Shown here: piece after piece, positions 27,293 to 36,727 of the stretch
How positions within the stretch are numbered: position 1 is the first letter of the stretch
Layout of the letters: every line of letters begins with the position of its first letter
DNA from: Thermoplasmata archaeon
GTDB taxonomy: Archaea; Thermoplasmatota; Thermoplasmata; GCA-020350865
Length of the DNA: 64,000 bases
NCBI GenBank assembly: GCA_020348445.1
Contig: CP070751.1
Location: forward strand, 692,421 to 756,420
Reading direction: 5' to 3'
Program-made: the position numbers and the translations under genes
The notes under the pieces: model-generated
The model's input: only the letters and a program-made list of their open reading frames with translations
Told to the model about the DNA's origin: nothing
Databases searched by the model: none

Positions 27293-29971
27293 CTACTCCT
27301 CTTTCTCCTCAACCTTCTTCTTCATCTCATTCAACTTGTTCAGAGCCTCCAAGGGCGTCATCTCATTCAAATCCAATTTTTTAATGTCATCAACTACAGG
27401 ATGTGGAGTTGGATTTGGCTCAAAAAGAACCAGCTGTGTTAACTTCCTCTTGGAGGGAAAAACATCCTTAGGATCCTTCCCACTTGTTTCATCGCTCACC
27501 CTTACTATGTTCTCCTCCTCGATGCTTCTTAGAACCTCATTTGCCCGGGCAATCACATCATGGGGAAGACCTGCGAGCTTTGCCACTTCAATTCCATAGC
27601 TTTTGTTGGTCCCACCAGGCACCACCTTTCTCAGGAATATTATGCCTTCCTTATCCTCCTTAATCGCGATATTGTAGTTAACCACTCCCTCGTAAATCTC
27701 GGCAAGCTCTGTTAGATTATGATAATGTGTGGCAAAAAGTGTCTTTGCCCCGATTTTATTCTTATTATGTATGTACTCAGCCACGGCCCAAGCTATGCTT
27801 AAGCCGTCGTAAGTGCTTGTCCCTCTGCCTATCTCGTCAAGTATTATAAGGCTTTTTTCTGTGGCGCAGTTGAGAATGTTTCCCAACTCCATCATTTCAA
27901 CCATGAAAGTACTCTGGCCCCGGCTCAGATCATCATATGCCCCTACCCTGGTAAATATCCTGTCAACCAGGCCTATGGATGCCGATTTTGCAGGAACAAA
28001 GCTCCCCATCTGGGCCATTATCGTGATCAAGGCCACCTGACGCATGTACGTGGATTTACCAGCCATGTTCGGGCCAGTTAAAATTATCAACCTGTTGCTT
28101 TTTCCATCGAGGTGAGAATCATTTGGGATGAAAGCCGAATACAGGGAATGCTCGATTACTGGATGCCTCCCCTCGATAATTACTATCTCCTCACCTTCAT
28201 TTACATCAGGTTTCGTATAATTGTTGTTGACAGCAACCTTTGCGAAGGCAGCCAAACAATCGAGTTCAGATATGGCGGATGCCGTGCTCCTTATATCAGA
28301 GGAGTGCTCTGCCACCTGCTCCCGAATATCAATGAACAGTTCGTATTCCAATGCATTCATTTTCTCTTGGGCACTTAAAATCAACGATTCCTTTTCCTTT
28401 AACTCGGGTGTTACAAACCTCTCCGAATTTGCTAGGGTCTGCTTTCTTATATAATCCTCAGGCACCTGGGATAAATTAGCCTTTGTGACCTCGATATAGT
28501 AGCCAAAGACCTTGTTGTATCTCACCCGAAGCGATTTAATACCTGTTCTTTTTTTCTCCTGTTTCTCAAGCTCTGCAACCCAGGTCTTGCCCCCCTTTGC
28601 AATCTCCTTGAGTTCATCCAGCTTTGTGTCAAAACCCTTTTTAATCAATCCCCCCTCTTTTACAGTCAAAGGAGGGTCATCAACTATTGCACAATCTATG
28701 AGCTTCACAACATCTTGAAAATCCAAGAGATCCTGAGCTATTCTCTTAAGTAGAAGTGATTTCATTTTGCTCTCTTTTAGGGTACTTCTTATTTGAGGTA
28801 TCAATTTCAAAGAATCAGATAATGCGATCAAATCCCTTGCATTTGCACTGCCGTACACTATCCTGCTGGTGAGTCTTTCCATATCCTTTAGCTCAACAAG
28901 GAAATCCAATAAATCCTGCCTGAGAAAGGTGTTTTGAAAGAGCTCCTCGCATGCGTTCTGGCGCATGGTAATTTTGCTCACCTTACGTTGAGGCTGAGAA
29001 AGCCATTTGCGCATCATCCTGCTGCCCATGGGGGTTGCGGTTCTATCCAGTATCTCCAACAACGTGCCATTTGAACTTCCATCTCTTACATTCCGGAAAA
29101 TCTCGAGATTCCGAAGTGTTGTTGCATCCAATATCATATAATCGGCTGTTGAATATGTGCTTACAACATCGATATGGTCCATATCTGCTTTTTGCGTCTC
29201 CTTAAGATAGCTTATTACAGCCCCAGAAGCCTCGATAGCCATGGGCAGTGATTCAGCACCCATACCCTCCAGGCTGATGGTTTTAAAATGCGAAAGCAAG
29301 GTCTGATAGGCTATATCATGGTGAAAGTGTTCATCCCCATAGGCACTGACAAGTATGTTCTTGCTTGCATCCTTTAAAATCTTAATCATTGCCTCATCCT
29401 TTTCAAGACTCTCGGGAAGAATGCACTCCGCTGGTTTAAATCGTGTAATCTCTGTTGTGAGCCTGGAGTTTAGATCCTCTCCTTCCAACTGAGTTGTTAA
29501 AAACTCTCCAGTTGACACATCCACAAAGGCAACTCCGAGCCCCTTATCTCCCTTGGATATCGCCATTAGAAAATTGTTTGTATGCTCATCGAGCATGCCG
29601 CTTTCAAGAACAGTACCTGGGGTAACGAGCCTCACAACCTCCCTTTTTACTATCCCCTTTGCTTCTTTTGGATCCTCCACCTGCTCGCAGATGGCAACCT
29701 TATACCCCTTTTTAATCAACTTAGCAAGATACGGCTCCAGTGCATGATACGGAATTCCAGCGAGTGGAATTCTCTTATCTGCTCCTTTATTTCTGGAGGT
29801 TAAGGCAATATCCAGCTCCTTTGAAACCAGCTTTGCGTCCTCGTAAAAGGTCTCATAGAAATCACCCATGCGAAAGAATAGAATGCTGTCAGAATATTCA
29901 TTTTTGATTCTGCTGTACTGTTGCATCATAGGTGTTGCTTTTGCCAAAACACTCCCCACCTTATTTGTCAC
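27293..29971 (-). CDS. mutS: DNA mismatch repair protein MutS (MutS1 type)
   Basis: [18 protein letters not shown], Walker [18 protein letters not shown], Walker [29 protein letters not shown]. Confidence 0.98.
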   Translation of the reverse strand: MTNKVGSVLAKATPMMQQYSRIKNEYSDSILFFRMGDFYETFYEDAKLVSKELDIALTSRNKGADKRIPLAGIPYHALEPYLAKLIKKGYKVAICEQVEDPKEAKGIVKREVVRLVTPGTVLESGMLDEHTNNFLMAISKGDKGLGVAFVDVSTGEFLTTQLEGEDLNSRLTTEITRFKPAECILPESLEKDEAMIKILKDASKNILVSAYGDEHFHHDIAYQTLLSHFKTISLEGMGAESLPMAIEASGAVISYLKETQKADMDHIDVVSTYSTADYMILDATTLRNLEIFRNVRDGSSNGTLLEILDRTATPMGSRMMRKWLSQPQRKVSKITMRQNACEELFQNTFLRQDLLDFLVELKDMERLTSRIVYGSANARDLIALSDSLKLIPQIRSTLKESKMKSLLLKRIAQDLLDFQDVVKLIDCAIVDDPPLTVKEGGLIKKGFDTKLDELKEIAKGGKTWVAELEKQEKKRTGIKSLRVRYNKVFGYYIEVTKANLSQVPEDYIRKQTLANSERFVTPELKEKESLILSAQEKMNALEYELFIDIREQVAEHSSDIRSTASAISELDCLAAFAKVAVNNNYTKPDVNEGEEIVIIEGRHPVIEHSLYSAFIPNDSHLDGKSNRLIILTGPNMAGKSTYMRQVALITIMAQMGSFVPAKSASIGLVDRIFTRVGAYDDLSRGQSTFMVEMMELGNILNCATEKSLIILDEIGRGTSTYDGLSIAWAVAEYIHNKNKIGAKTLFATHYHNLTELAEIYEGVVNYNIAIKEDKEGIIFLRKVVPGGTNKSYGIEVAKLAGLPHDVIARANEVLRSIEEENIVRVSDETSGKDPKDVFPSKRKLTQLVLFEPNPTPHPVVDDIKKLDLNEMTPLEALNKLNEMKKKVEEKEE

Positions 29972-30062
29972 ACGTTGAATGGGCTTTTCAAATAGCCTTG
30001 TAATTAATGTATCTGTCGAAGGTATTAAAATATATCGATTTTAAAGTTAATGGAAACATCAG

Positions 30063-31736
30063 TTAAAAAATGTACATATCGTCCTGGCTTATTTCAATCT
30101 GCGGGAAATTGATCACAAATGTCCTTCCCATCCCCTCTTTGCTCTCGATATCGATGGGGGCATTGTGTTTTTTAAGGATGCTGGATATCGCATGCATCCT
30201 AAGACCGATTTTCATTTTATCATAAATGCTCTCCGAACCTTCGGTCTCTGGTGTGAAGGACGGATCAAACATCCAGGCAAGATGCCCATTTGGAACACCC
30301 TCTCCCTGATCCTTAAGGATAGCTTGAATTTTACCATTTTCAGTTCTAGTCGATATTTGGATTTTTCCTCCTTCTTCCATGGCCAGCTTTGAGTTTGTGA
30401 GAAGATATATGAAAACCTGCTGTATTTCCATTGGAATTCCCTGTATTTTGGGTATATGACTCAAGTCCTTCTCAACATCAACATTATCAAGCTTTCCACT
30501 CTCCTTCATGAGGGAAAGAGATTTTTCGATCATTTCGTTTAGGTCCAAGGTTTCCATTCCCTCTTTCTGTTGCCTCTGGGAGAACTTGGAAAGGGAGGAG
30601 AGAATCCTTTGGACCCTATCTGCCCCATCTTTAATCTCCTTGGAATAGAAACGCATCTTGATTGGGTCCTCCTCTTCCATCATGGCCTCGGCATAACCTA
30701 TCAAACCCCCAAGGGGATTGTTTATCTCGTGGGAGATTGCCGAAATCAGTGCGTCCATATCCCTCATCCTCTTTGGCTTTTGGGGGATGGTTTGGGGTGT
30801 ACTACTTTTTGGAATATCCCTGGCAATGATAATCGAACCTAAGAATTCTCCATAATCGTCATGGTACGGGAAGCATGAAATAAGTGTGGTTTCACCTGAA
30901 TCTGGATCCCTTACCTCCTCCGAGTACTCCCGTTCCGTATCGAAGGTATTTTTATGAAGACAGTTGTGAATTGGACTGTTTTTATTATGAAAGACATCGC
31001 AGCATTTCTTTCCAATTAGCTCTTCAGGTTGGGAATCGATCTTACTGGCATATGCATTATTGATTTTTAGTATCGTGTTTTCTTTGTTGATTATAATTAT
31101 GGGATCAGCAATTGAATTGAACGCGTTTTCCCACTCTTTCTCTGCAGCTGAATCCCCTTCAAATAGGGTTGAATCCTCAACCTGAATGCCAATTTGAGAG
31201 GGTTTTGCATTTAAAACCTTGTTATTTTCTGGGGCCAATTCAGCCAGTTCTCCCAAAGATTCAATGATCTCCTTTTCAGAGACATCACTTCCCACGAATA
31301 TTACACCGATTCTGTCATCACTTTCGTCTAACATCGGTCCTATGCACCAGGATATTAGACGCTCATCACCTTCCTTGTTAATTAGATGTCTTTCGATATT
31401 GTAGAAGGTTCCAATTTCTGTGGAAAGCGCAAATATCCCGGACGTATCCAGTCTTTCTTTTTCAGAAACCATAATCGAGGTAAAGCTCTTTCCTACCACC
31501 TTGTCGCTTGGAAGGCCTGATACCTTCTCAGCCTCAGCATTGAATATGGTGATGTTTCCTTGAAGGTCGGTCCCAACAATTATGCTTGGAGCGCTTATTA
31601 TGATCTTCTCTATAACATCCTTTTGTCTTCTTATCTCCTCAACCTCTGGATTTTCATGGGTCTGGGTTCCATCACTCTCCTTGTCATCCGGATATTCCTC
31701 CCCTGGATTTTCATATATCTCTTCTTCTTCACCCAT
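30063..31736 (-). CDS. Soluble PAS-PAS sensor histidine kinase-like protein with degenerate ATP-binding domain
   Basis: Two PAS domains (IVGTDLQGNITIFNAEAEK; FNSIADPIIIINKENTILKIN), H-box SHEINNPL, DQGEGV; atypical N, F and G2 boxes. Confidence 0.85.
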   Translation of the reverse strand: MGEEEEIYENPGEEYPDDKESDGTQTHENPEVEEIRRQKDVIEKIIISAPSIIVGTDLQGNITIFNAEAEKVSGLPSDKVVGKSFTSIMVSEKERLDTSGIFALSTEIGTFYNIERHLINKEGDERLISWCIGPMLDESDDRIGVIFVGSDVSEKEIIESLGELAELAPENNKVLNAKPSQIGIQVEDSTLFEGDSAAEKEWENAFNSIADPIIIINKENTILKINNAYASKIDSQPEELIGKKCCDVFHNKNSPIHNCLHKNTFDTEREYSEEVRDPDSGETTLISCFPYHDDYGEFLGSIIIARDIPKSSTPQTIPQKPKRMRDMDALISAISHEINNPLGGLIGYAEAMMEEEDPIKMRFYSKEIKDGADRVQRILSSLSKFSQRQQKEGMETLDLNEMIEKSLSLMKESGKLDNVDVEKDLSHIPKIQGIPMEIQQVFIYLLTNSKLAMEEGGKIQISTRTENGKIQAILKDQGEGVPNGHLAWMFDPSFTPETEGSESIYDKMKIGLRMHAISSILKKHNAPIDIESKEGMGRTFVINFPQIEISQDDMYIF

Positions 31737-31998
31737 GGTATCACCCCATTGTTTTTAAACATCAGGAATCCATTATTTGCCCATTATAGAATATCACTTT
31801 TGATTTCAAATCCCGTATATAACCATTTTTTTAATTACAGAATTGTATAGATTTTGACTGGCGCCATTTCTCTATATAGTAAAATCATTGGGAAGTATAT
31901 ATACAACTTTTCTTATAAATATCAAAATTGAAAAAGCCGAATATATCTATTTATAGTGTAACGAAAACGCCTTAACCAATAAAATCTATCCCGCAAAT

Positions 31999-32730
31999 AT
32001 GTCAGATGCCATATGCGACGCCCATGTCCATTTCGGCCCTTCCACCCAGTGGGTTCCATATATTAATCCCGTAGTTACGATAGAGGATGTACTGAAAAAA
32101 ATGGACCAGTACAACATACAAAGAACCATAGTCTTTCCCAATCCTCATATTGGAGACAAATATCCAGAACTCAACGATTTGATGGCTGAGGCACAAAAGA
32201 AATACTCGCAAAGGATCATAGGATTTGGGCGGGTGGACCCGAGAAGAGGTGAGGAGGCAGTATCAGAAATCAAACGCATCTGGGACATAGGGCTTTTTGG
32301 GGTCAAACTGCATCCCTATGTGGAGTGCTTCAGGCCTGATCATCCGTTTTTCGACGCCTTTTGGGGCACTATTTTCGAATTGGACCTGACAGTTCTAATT
32401 CATACAGGCACCATGTTCTCCTCCCCGGGGTACCTCAAACCCGTTTTAAAAAAATATCCTGCCATGAAGATCATCTTGGGCCATCTTCAGGAGGCCTGTA
32501 TATCACTTATGAGGGATTATGAGAATGTATATTCTGACACTTCTGGCTCCCGTGTAAAAATATTGGAATATGCGCAAGAAACCTGCCATGACAAGATAAT
32601 GTTCGGCTCTGATTATCCATATTTGAGCTACAGGGTGCAGATGGAGGTTGTGAGGGCCGCTGAAATATCAGAGAGCGTGAGAAACAAGATATTTTCCGGT
32701 AATTTTGAGAGACTATTTAAGGAAAAATAG
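31999..32730 (+). CDS. Amidohydrolase family protein (amidohydrolase_2-like metal-dependent TIM barrel)
   Basis: DAHVH, GVKLHP, LIHTG, ILGH, YSDTS, MFGSDYP. Confidence 0.9.
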   Translation: MSDAICDAHVHFGPSTQWVPYINPVVTIEDVLKKMDQYNIQRTIVFPNPHIGDKYPELNDLMAEAQKKYSQRIIGFGRVDPRRGEEAVSEIKRIWDIGLFGVKLHPYVECFRPDHPFFDAFWGTIFELDLTVLIHTGTMFSSPGYLKPVLKKYPAMKIILGHLQEACISLMRDYENVYSDTSGSRVKILEYAQETCHDKIMFGSDYPYLSYRVQMEVVRAAEISESVRNKIFSGNFERLFKEK

Positions 32731-32796
32731 AGGATTAATTACCTTTTGCCTACCCAAATGGATACCATGTTGTTATTTTGGTTGAGGCTGTTATTT

Positions 32797-33912
32797 TTAA
32801 GGTCCTATCGAGGTCTGCCCACCGCATAGAGGGCAGTTGATCACTACGTTCTGTTTTGGGGTCGGCACAGTAAATGGTTTTCTGCAATGGGGGCAGCTAA
32901 AAGTAGTTTCTTCAGGTTGAGTAGTTGGAGGTTTCGAAGGCGTAGGTGGTGGTTTAATCCCTTTTTTTGGAGGTGGTGGCGGCAGAGGTTTTTGGAGGGG
33001 AGGTCTTTGGGGTGGGGATTGTTGCAGTGTGGGTTGAATAGGTGGTGGTTGTTGGGGAGGAAGCGGTTGTTGGGGATATTGTGGTTGTACTGCGGGTGCG
33101 ATAGCAAGATTTTCTTGTTTGGAAGCAGCCATTAGCGAGAACGCGATTAATACAGAAATAAAGGAAATGAGAGAAATATACCAGCCTATATCTGGGTGCC
33201 ACGACCACTCATAGTTTCCTTCCATTGTTGTACCGTAAATTTCGGTATCAATCTTGGCCTTATCGCTGCCGTATAATGTGGGTTCGTATTTTAAATCTTC
33301 CATACCAATTTCTTCATAACTTTCTGTTATGTTACTTTCGTCCCAATTCTCCTCTATTGCAGCTGGTAAAGCTATTGCAAAGTATAATGGTATGATCAAA
33401 GATAATATCAATAATATTATAAGAGAAATCACTCCTCCTATTTTAGATATAGCACCAAAAAGGGATAGTGTTACAAAAATCGCAGATATAATTCCCATTA
33501 TGATAGCAATAATCACTAAAAAGAAGGTCACATCCATCACATGTTTGATTTCGTCATTATCCTCGTAATCGTCGGTATCATAATCCTTCGATTCATCGGT
33601 GACATCATCGGTTTGCCCTATTACTGATGTTTTAATCTCAGATTCTCTTAGATGCATTGCTATCTCAGCATCACCATTGATAGTGAATGGGGTTCCATAG
33701 GATTCGCCTTCCATATCCATTTCTATCTCAAAATAATACCATGAAAAAAACAGGGTATGTATCAAGAGCACGAGCACAACGATAATAAAAAATAAGCTAG
33801 TGGCTCTTTTTGGTGATATCTTTGGTCTTCCACTAGCCATCATAGGTGGCGTGTACATTGGTTGTTGAGGAATTTGCACACCTTGATATGGAGAAGTACT
33901 GTATTGTTGCAT
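32797..33912 (-). CDS. Four-TM membrane protein with Pro/Gln-rich cytoplasmic linker and C-terminal Cys4 zinc ribbon
   Basis: Four hydrophobic segments with two acidic loops; PQQPLPPQQPPP..PPPPPKK; CPHC..CPLC. Confidence 0.8.
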   Translation of the reverse strand: MQQYSTSPYQGVQIPQQPMYTPPMMASGRPKISPKRATSLFFIIVVLVLLIHTLFFSWYYFEIEMDMEGESYGTPFTINGDAEIAMHLRESEIKTSVIGQTDDVTDESKDYDTDDYEDNDEIKHVMDVTFFLVIIAIIMGIISAIFVTLSLFGAISKIGGVISLIILLILSLIIPLYFAIALPAAIEENWDESNITESYEEIGMEDLKYEPTLYGSDKAKIDTEIYGTTMEGNYEWSWHPDIGWYISLISFISVLIAFSLMAASKQENLAIAPAVQPQYPQQPLPPQQPPPIQPTLQQSPPQRPPLQKPLPPPPPKKGIKPPPTPSKPPTTQPEETTFSCPHCRKPFTVPTPKQNVVINCPLCGGQTSIGP

Positions 33913-34012
33913 AATAATCCCTTGCCTCTGTGACTATTGTACATATATTCTTCTAATTAAATATATTTTTTGTGGAGGGTAAAATCATAGTTTAAAGGAT
34001 ATTTAGCGAAAA

Positions 34013-34900
34013 TCACCCCGGCTCTTTCTCCCTCTTCCTTCCTATATATGCCAGATATATTCCAGGTAGTATCAAAGCACCCCCTATTATCGTGAATTGA
34101 GGGGGGACCTCCGAAAGAAGCACCAAGGCCAAAATCGAGGAGCCAATGGGCTCCCCTAACAGACTGACGGATACTATCTGCGCTTTCACATGCTTGAGGG
34201 CATAATTATAGAGGGTATGGCCTAGGATCGTGGGCACCAAGGCCATCAATATAAAGAGCGAGTATTCCTTCGCAGGCAGAGGATGAAGCGGTGCAGAAAT
34301 GAACAGACATGTGACCAGTAAAAATAGGGTGCATATTCCATATACAATAAATACATAAGGAAGGAGGGGAACAGTTCTTCTGGCCTTTCTGCCGCCTAAT
34401 ATGTATGTCCCTGCTGCAATGCTTCCGATAAGAGCAAGGATATCGCCTCTGAAATTCGAGCCTCCCAGGCCCAAATCCCCTACAGCCAGTATGATAATAC
34501 CACAAAATGCCACTCCGATTCCCAAATAACCCACTGTCTTCAGTTTTTCTCTAAATACATAATGGGACACGATGGCTACAAAAAGGGGATGTGAGGTGAC
34601 CAGGATGACTGAGCTTGCCACTGAGGTCTCTTTTAAAGATGTTATCCAGGTTCCAAAATGAAGTGCCAGAATCATCCCTATGGCTACCATGAATATAAAA
34701 TCTTCTTTTTCTATCTTTTTAATGTCATCAAAATTGAAAAGCAGAACTGCAGGAAGAAGGATGAGCGTGGTAATACCCATCCTATAGGTTGCAATAACCA
34801 GTGGATGCGCGTCACTCCATCTTATGAAGATCGCCGAGAAAGAAACGGCCACTACAGCCGTGATGATGGCCATGTTGCTTAGGTTCTGGTGCCTTTGCAT
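34013..34900 (-). CDS. DMT (EamA) family transporter
   Basis: Ten hydrophobic segments in two repeats; ALHFGTWITSL, SSVILVTSHPLFV, LGHTLYNYAL, LLGEPIGSSILA. Confidence 0.93.
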   Translation of the reverse strand: MQRHQNLSNMAIITAVVAVSFSAIFIRWSDAHPLVIATYRMGITTLILLPAVLLFNFDDIKKIEKEDFIFMVAIGMILALHFGTWITSLKETSVASSVILVTSHPLFVAIVSHYVFREKLKTVGYLGIGVAFCGIIILAVGDLGLGGSNFRGDILALIGSIAAGTYILGGRKARRTVPLLPYVFIVYGICTLFLLVTCLFISAPLHPLPAKEYSLFILMALVPTILGHTLYNYALKHVKAQIVSVSLLGEPIGSSILALVLLSEVPPQFTIIGGALILPGIYLAYIGRKREKEPG

Positions 34901-35014
34901 ATGCGAGATAAAGACGAGATGGTATATAATTGTATATTCAGATTTTGTTACTACTAGTTGGTACTAAATACAAATATAAGAAACACATTATATTGCTAAA
35001 AAAGGTGAGATCAA

Positions 35015-35158
35015 ATGAAGGTCTGGATATGTGATGACTGCGGAAAAGAGTTAGGTATCGGCTCAAAACCTGATAATTGCGATTGCGGTTCAAGCGTTAT
35101 CATTGAGGTAGAAAGAACCGATGAAAGTGGTTTTGGATGCAAGGGGCCCAGTGCCTAG
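35015..35158 (+). CDS. 47-aa rubredoxin-like/zinc-ribbon microprotein (absent from ORF track)
   Basis: Read from DNA: MKVWICDDCGKELGIGSKPDNCDCGSSVIIEVERTDESGFGCKGPSA. AGGTGA SD about 6 nt upstream; fills the gap between two minus-strand genes. Confidence 0.7.
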   Translation: MKVWICDDCGKELGIGSKPDNCDCGSSVIIEVERTDESGFGCKGPSA

Positions 35159-35170
35159 TCTATACAAAAA

Positions 35171-36211
35171 TTATCTTGTTATATCGATGGTTTTGACCTT
35201 CTCGTAGTTATCAGGATTCTTTTCAAAGTAGTCTCTTACAGAATCGAGAATATCTGTCAGGTACTGACCCACCGCATTTTTTAGATCCTGAGGGTGCAGC
35301 TGGCCTGATTCAAAAACATCCTTTAACTCCTCATAACCGTTTATCTCCAAATCCCCTCCAAATTTCTCGGGCCGGGAAATCGTTATGCTATCTAATCTAT
35401 TGAATATTATATATCTGCATAAATCTATGATGGGATTATCCTCTATCTGCCCCTCTGGACAGTAGGCCTTCTTTATCTTCTTTTTTATGTCCTCTGGAGA
35501 GTCGTGGATAAATATCGTGTTTTCGGGATTGGACTTGGACATTTTCGCCTCGATGGGATCCATTCTTCCCCAACCCTGTAAACCAGATAAAAGGGGTGTA
35601 TGGAGGGCCACAACCTTCTTCAGACCAAGTTTTTCAGAAACATCCCTTGCCAGCATATGAGCCTTTCTCTGGTCCATTCCCCCGTATGCCACATCTACAT
35701 CCAGCTGGAATATGTCAGCAACCTGCATTGCAGGGTAGATGAGCATTGATGCATCTATATTTGCCTCATCCTCCTTTCTCCCCATGATGGTCAGGGTCCT
35801 TTTGATTCTTGAGAGGGAGCTGTGCTTGGAGATTCTCATCACCTTTTCCCAGTATTCTATACCATTTAATAGGTCGGTGGCGTATACGAATTCCAAATCA
35901 TCAGAAGCAACGGAAAATGCTGAAAAACAGTCCTTGATGTACTCTCCGCAAGCCCTGATATTCTCGATATCACCACCAAGCTTGTCGTTGAGATAGGCGT
36001 GCCAGTCTGCAAGGAGAATGGTCACCTTAAAACCGGCATCTAAAAGATCTTTGACCTTATCAATGCAAATTATGGAGCCTATATGCACAAGACCAGAGGG
36101 CTCGATACCGATATATGCAGTGGGTTTTTTCTTCTCATCCAGTAATGCGGTAAGTTCTTCGTGGGTAACTATTTCCTCTGTGTTGTGGATTATCCTCTCC
36201 AATTGGCTCAT
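35171..36211 (-). CDS. tyrS: Tyrosine--tRNA ligase (archaeal type)
   Basis: YIGIEPSGLVHIG, YPAMQVADIF, GGMDQRKAHMLARD, KMSKS; probable start ATG 36211. Confidence 0.96.
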   Translation of the reverse strand: MSQLERIIHNTEEIVTHEELTALLDEKKKPTAYIGIEPSGLVHIGSIICIDKVKDLLDAGFKVTILLADWHAYLNDKLGGDIENIRACGEYIKDCFSAFSVASDDLEFVYATDLLNGIEYWEKVMRISKHSSLSRIKRTLTIMGRKEDEANIDASMLIYPAMQVADIFQLDVDVAYGGMDQRKAHMLARDVSEKLGLKKVVALHTPLLSGLQGWGRMDPIEAKMSKSNPENTIFIHDSPEDIKKKIKKAYCPEGQIEDNPIIDLCRYIIFNRLDSITISRPEKFGGDLEINGYEELKDVFESGQLHPQDLKNAVGQYLTDILDSVRDYFEKNPDNYEKVKTIDITR

Positions 36212-36343
36212 GATCCTCACGACGGGTGATATGTAAAAGGATGTAAAAGAGGGTTTTGGTTCGAAAGAACTCGAGAATCGGGAAGTTTTAAAAGGAAGAA
36301 AAACGATACAGGTTGCGGGTGCTAAAAAGAAGAGGTGATTTGA

Positions 36344-36586
36344 GTGAAAAGATTTGCAACCGAGCTAAGAGGAAAAACCGTTATGACGAACGATGGACAG
36401 ATCCTTGGTATGATAGAGAATTTCATTGTTGATACCGCAACAGGAGAGCTTCATCATGTGCTCGTTATTCCTGCAGAGGAAATTGAACCTAGATTGTACA
36501 AAACAGATGCCCAGGGAAGGCTAGTTCTGCCCTTCCAGAACATGAAGGCAGTAAGAGACGTCGTGGTAATGGACCTGTTGAAGTAA
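36344..36586 (+). CDS. PRC-barrel domain protein
   Basis: LRGKTVMTNDGQILGMIENFIVDTATGELHHVLV..LVLPFQNMKAVRDVVV; GAGGTGA SD before GTG. Confidence 0.9.
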   Translation: MKRFATELRGKTVMTNDGQILGMIENFIVDTATGELHHVLVIPAEEIEPRLYKTDAQGRLVLPFQNMKAVRDVVVMDLLK

Positions 36587-36727
36587 TTTATGGAATAAGA
36601 ATTATTGATGCACGATTTATGTCGTGCTCCCTGGATTTGAAATTTTCTTGGAAAACGAAAAACCCAGGTCTCATTTCCTGTGCAATCAACTTATATTTCA
36701 AAAACCTTTTAAGACTTAGGTGAACCT

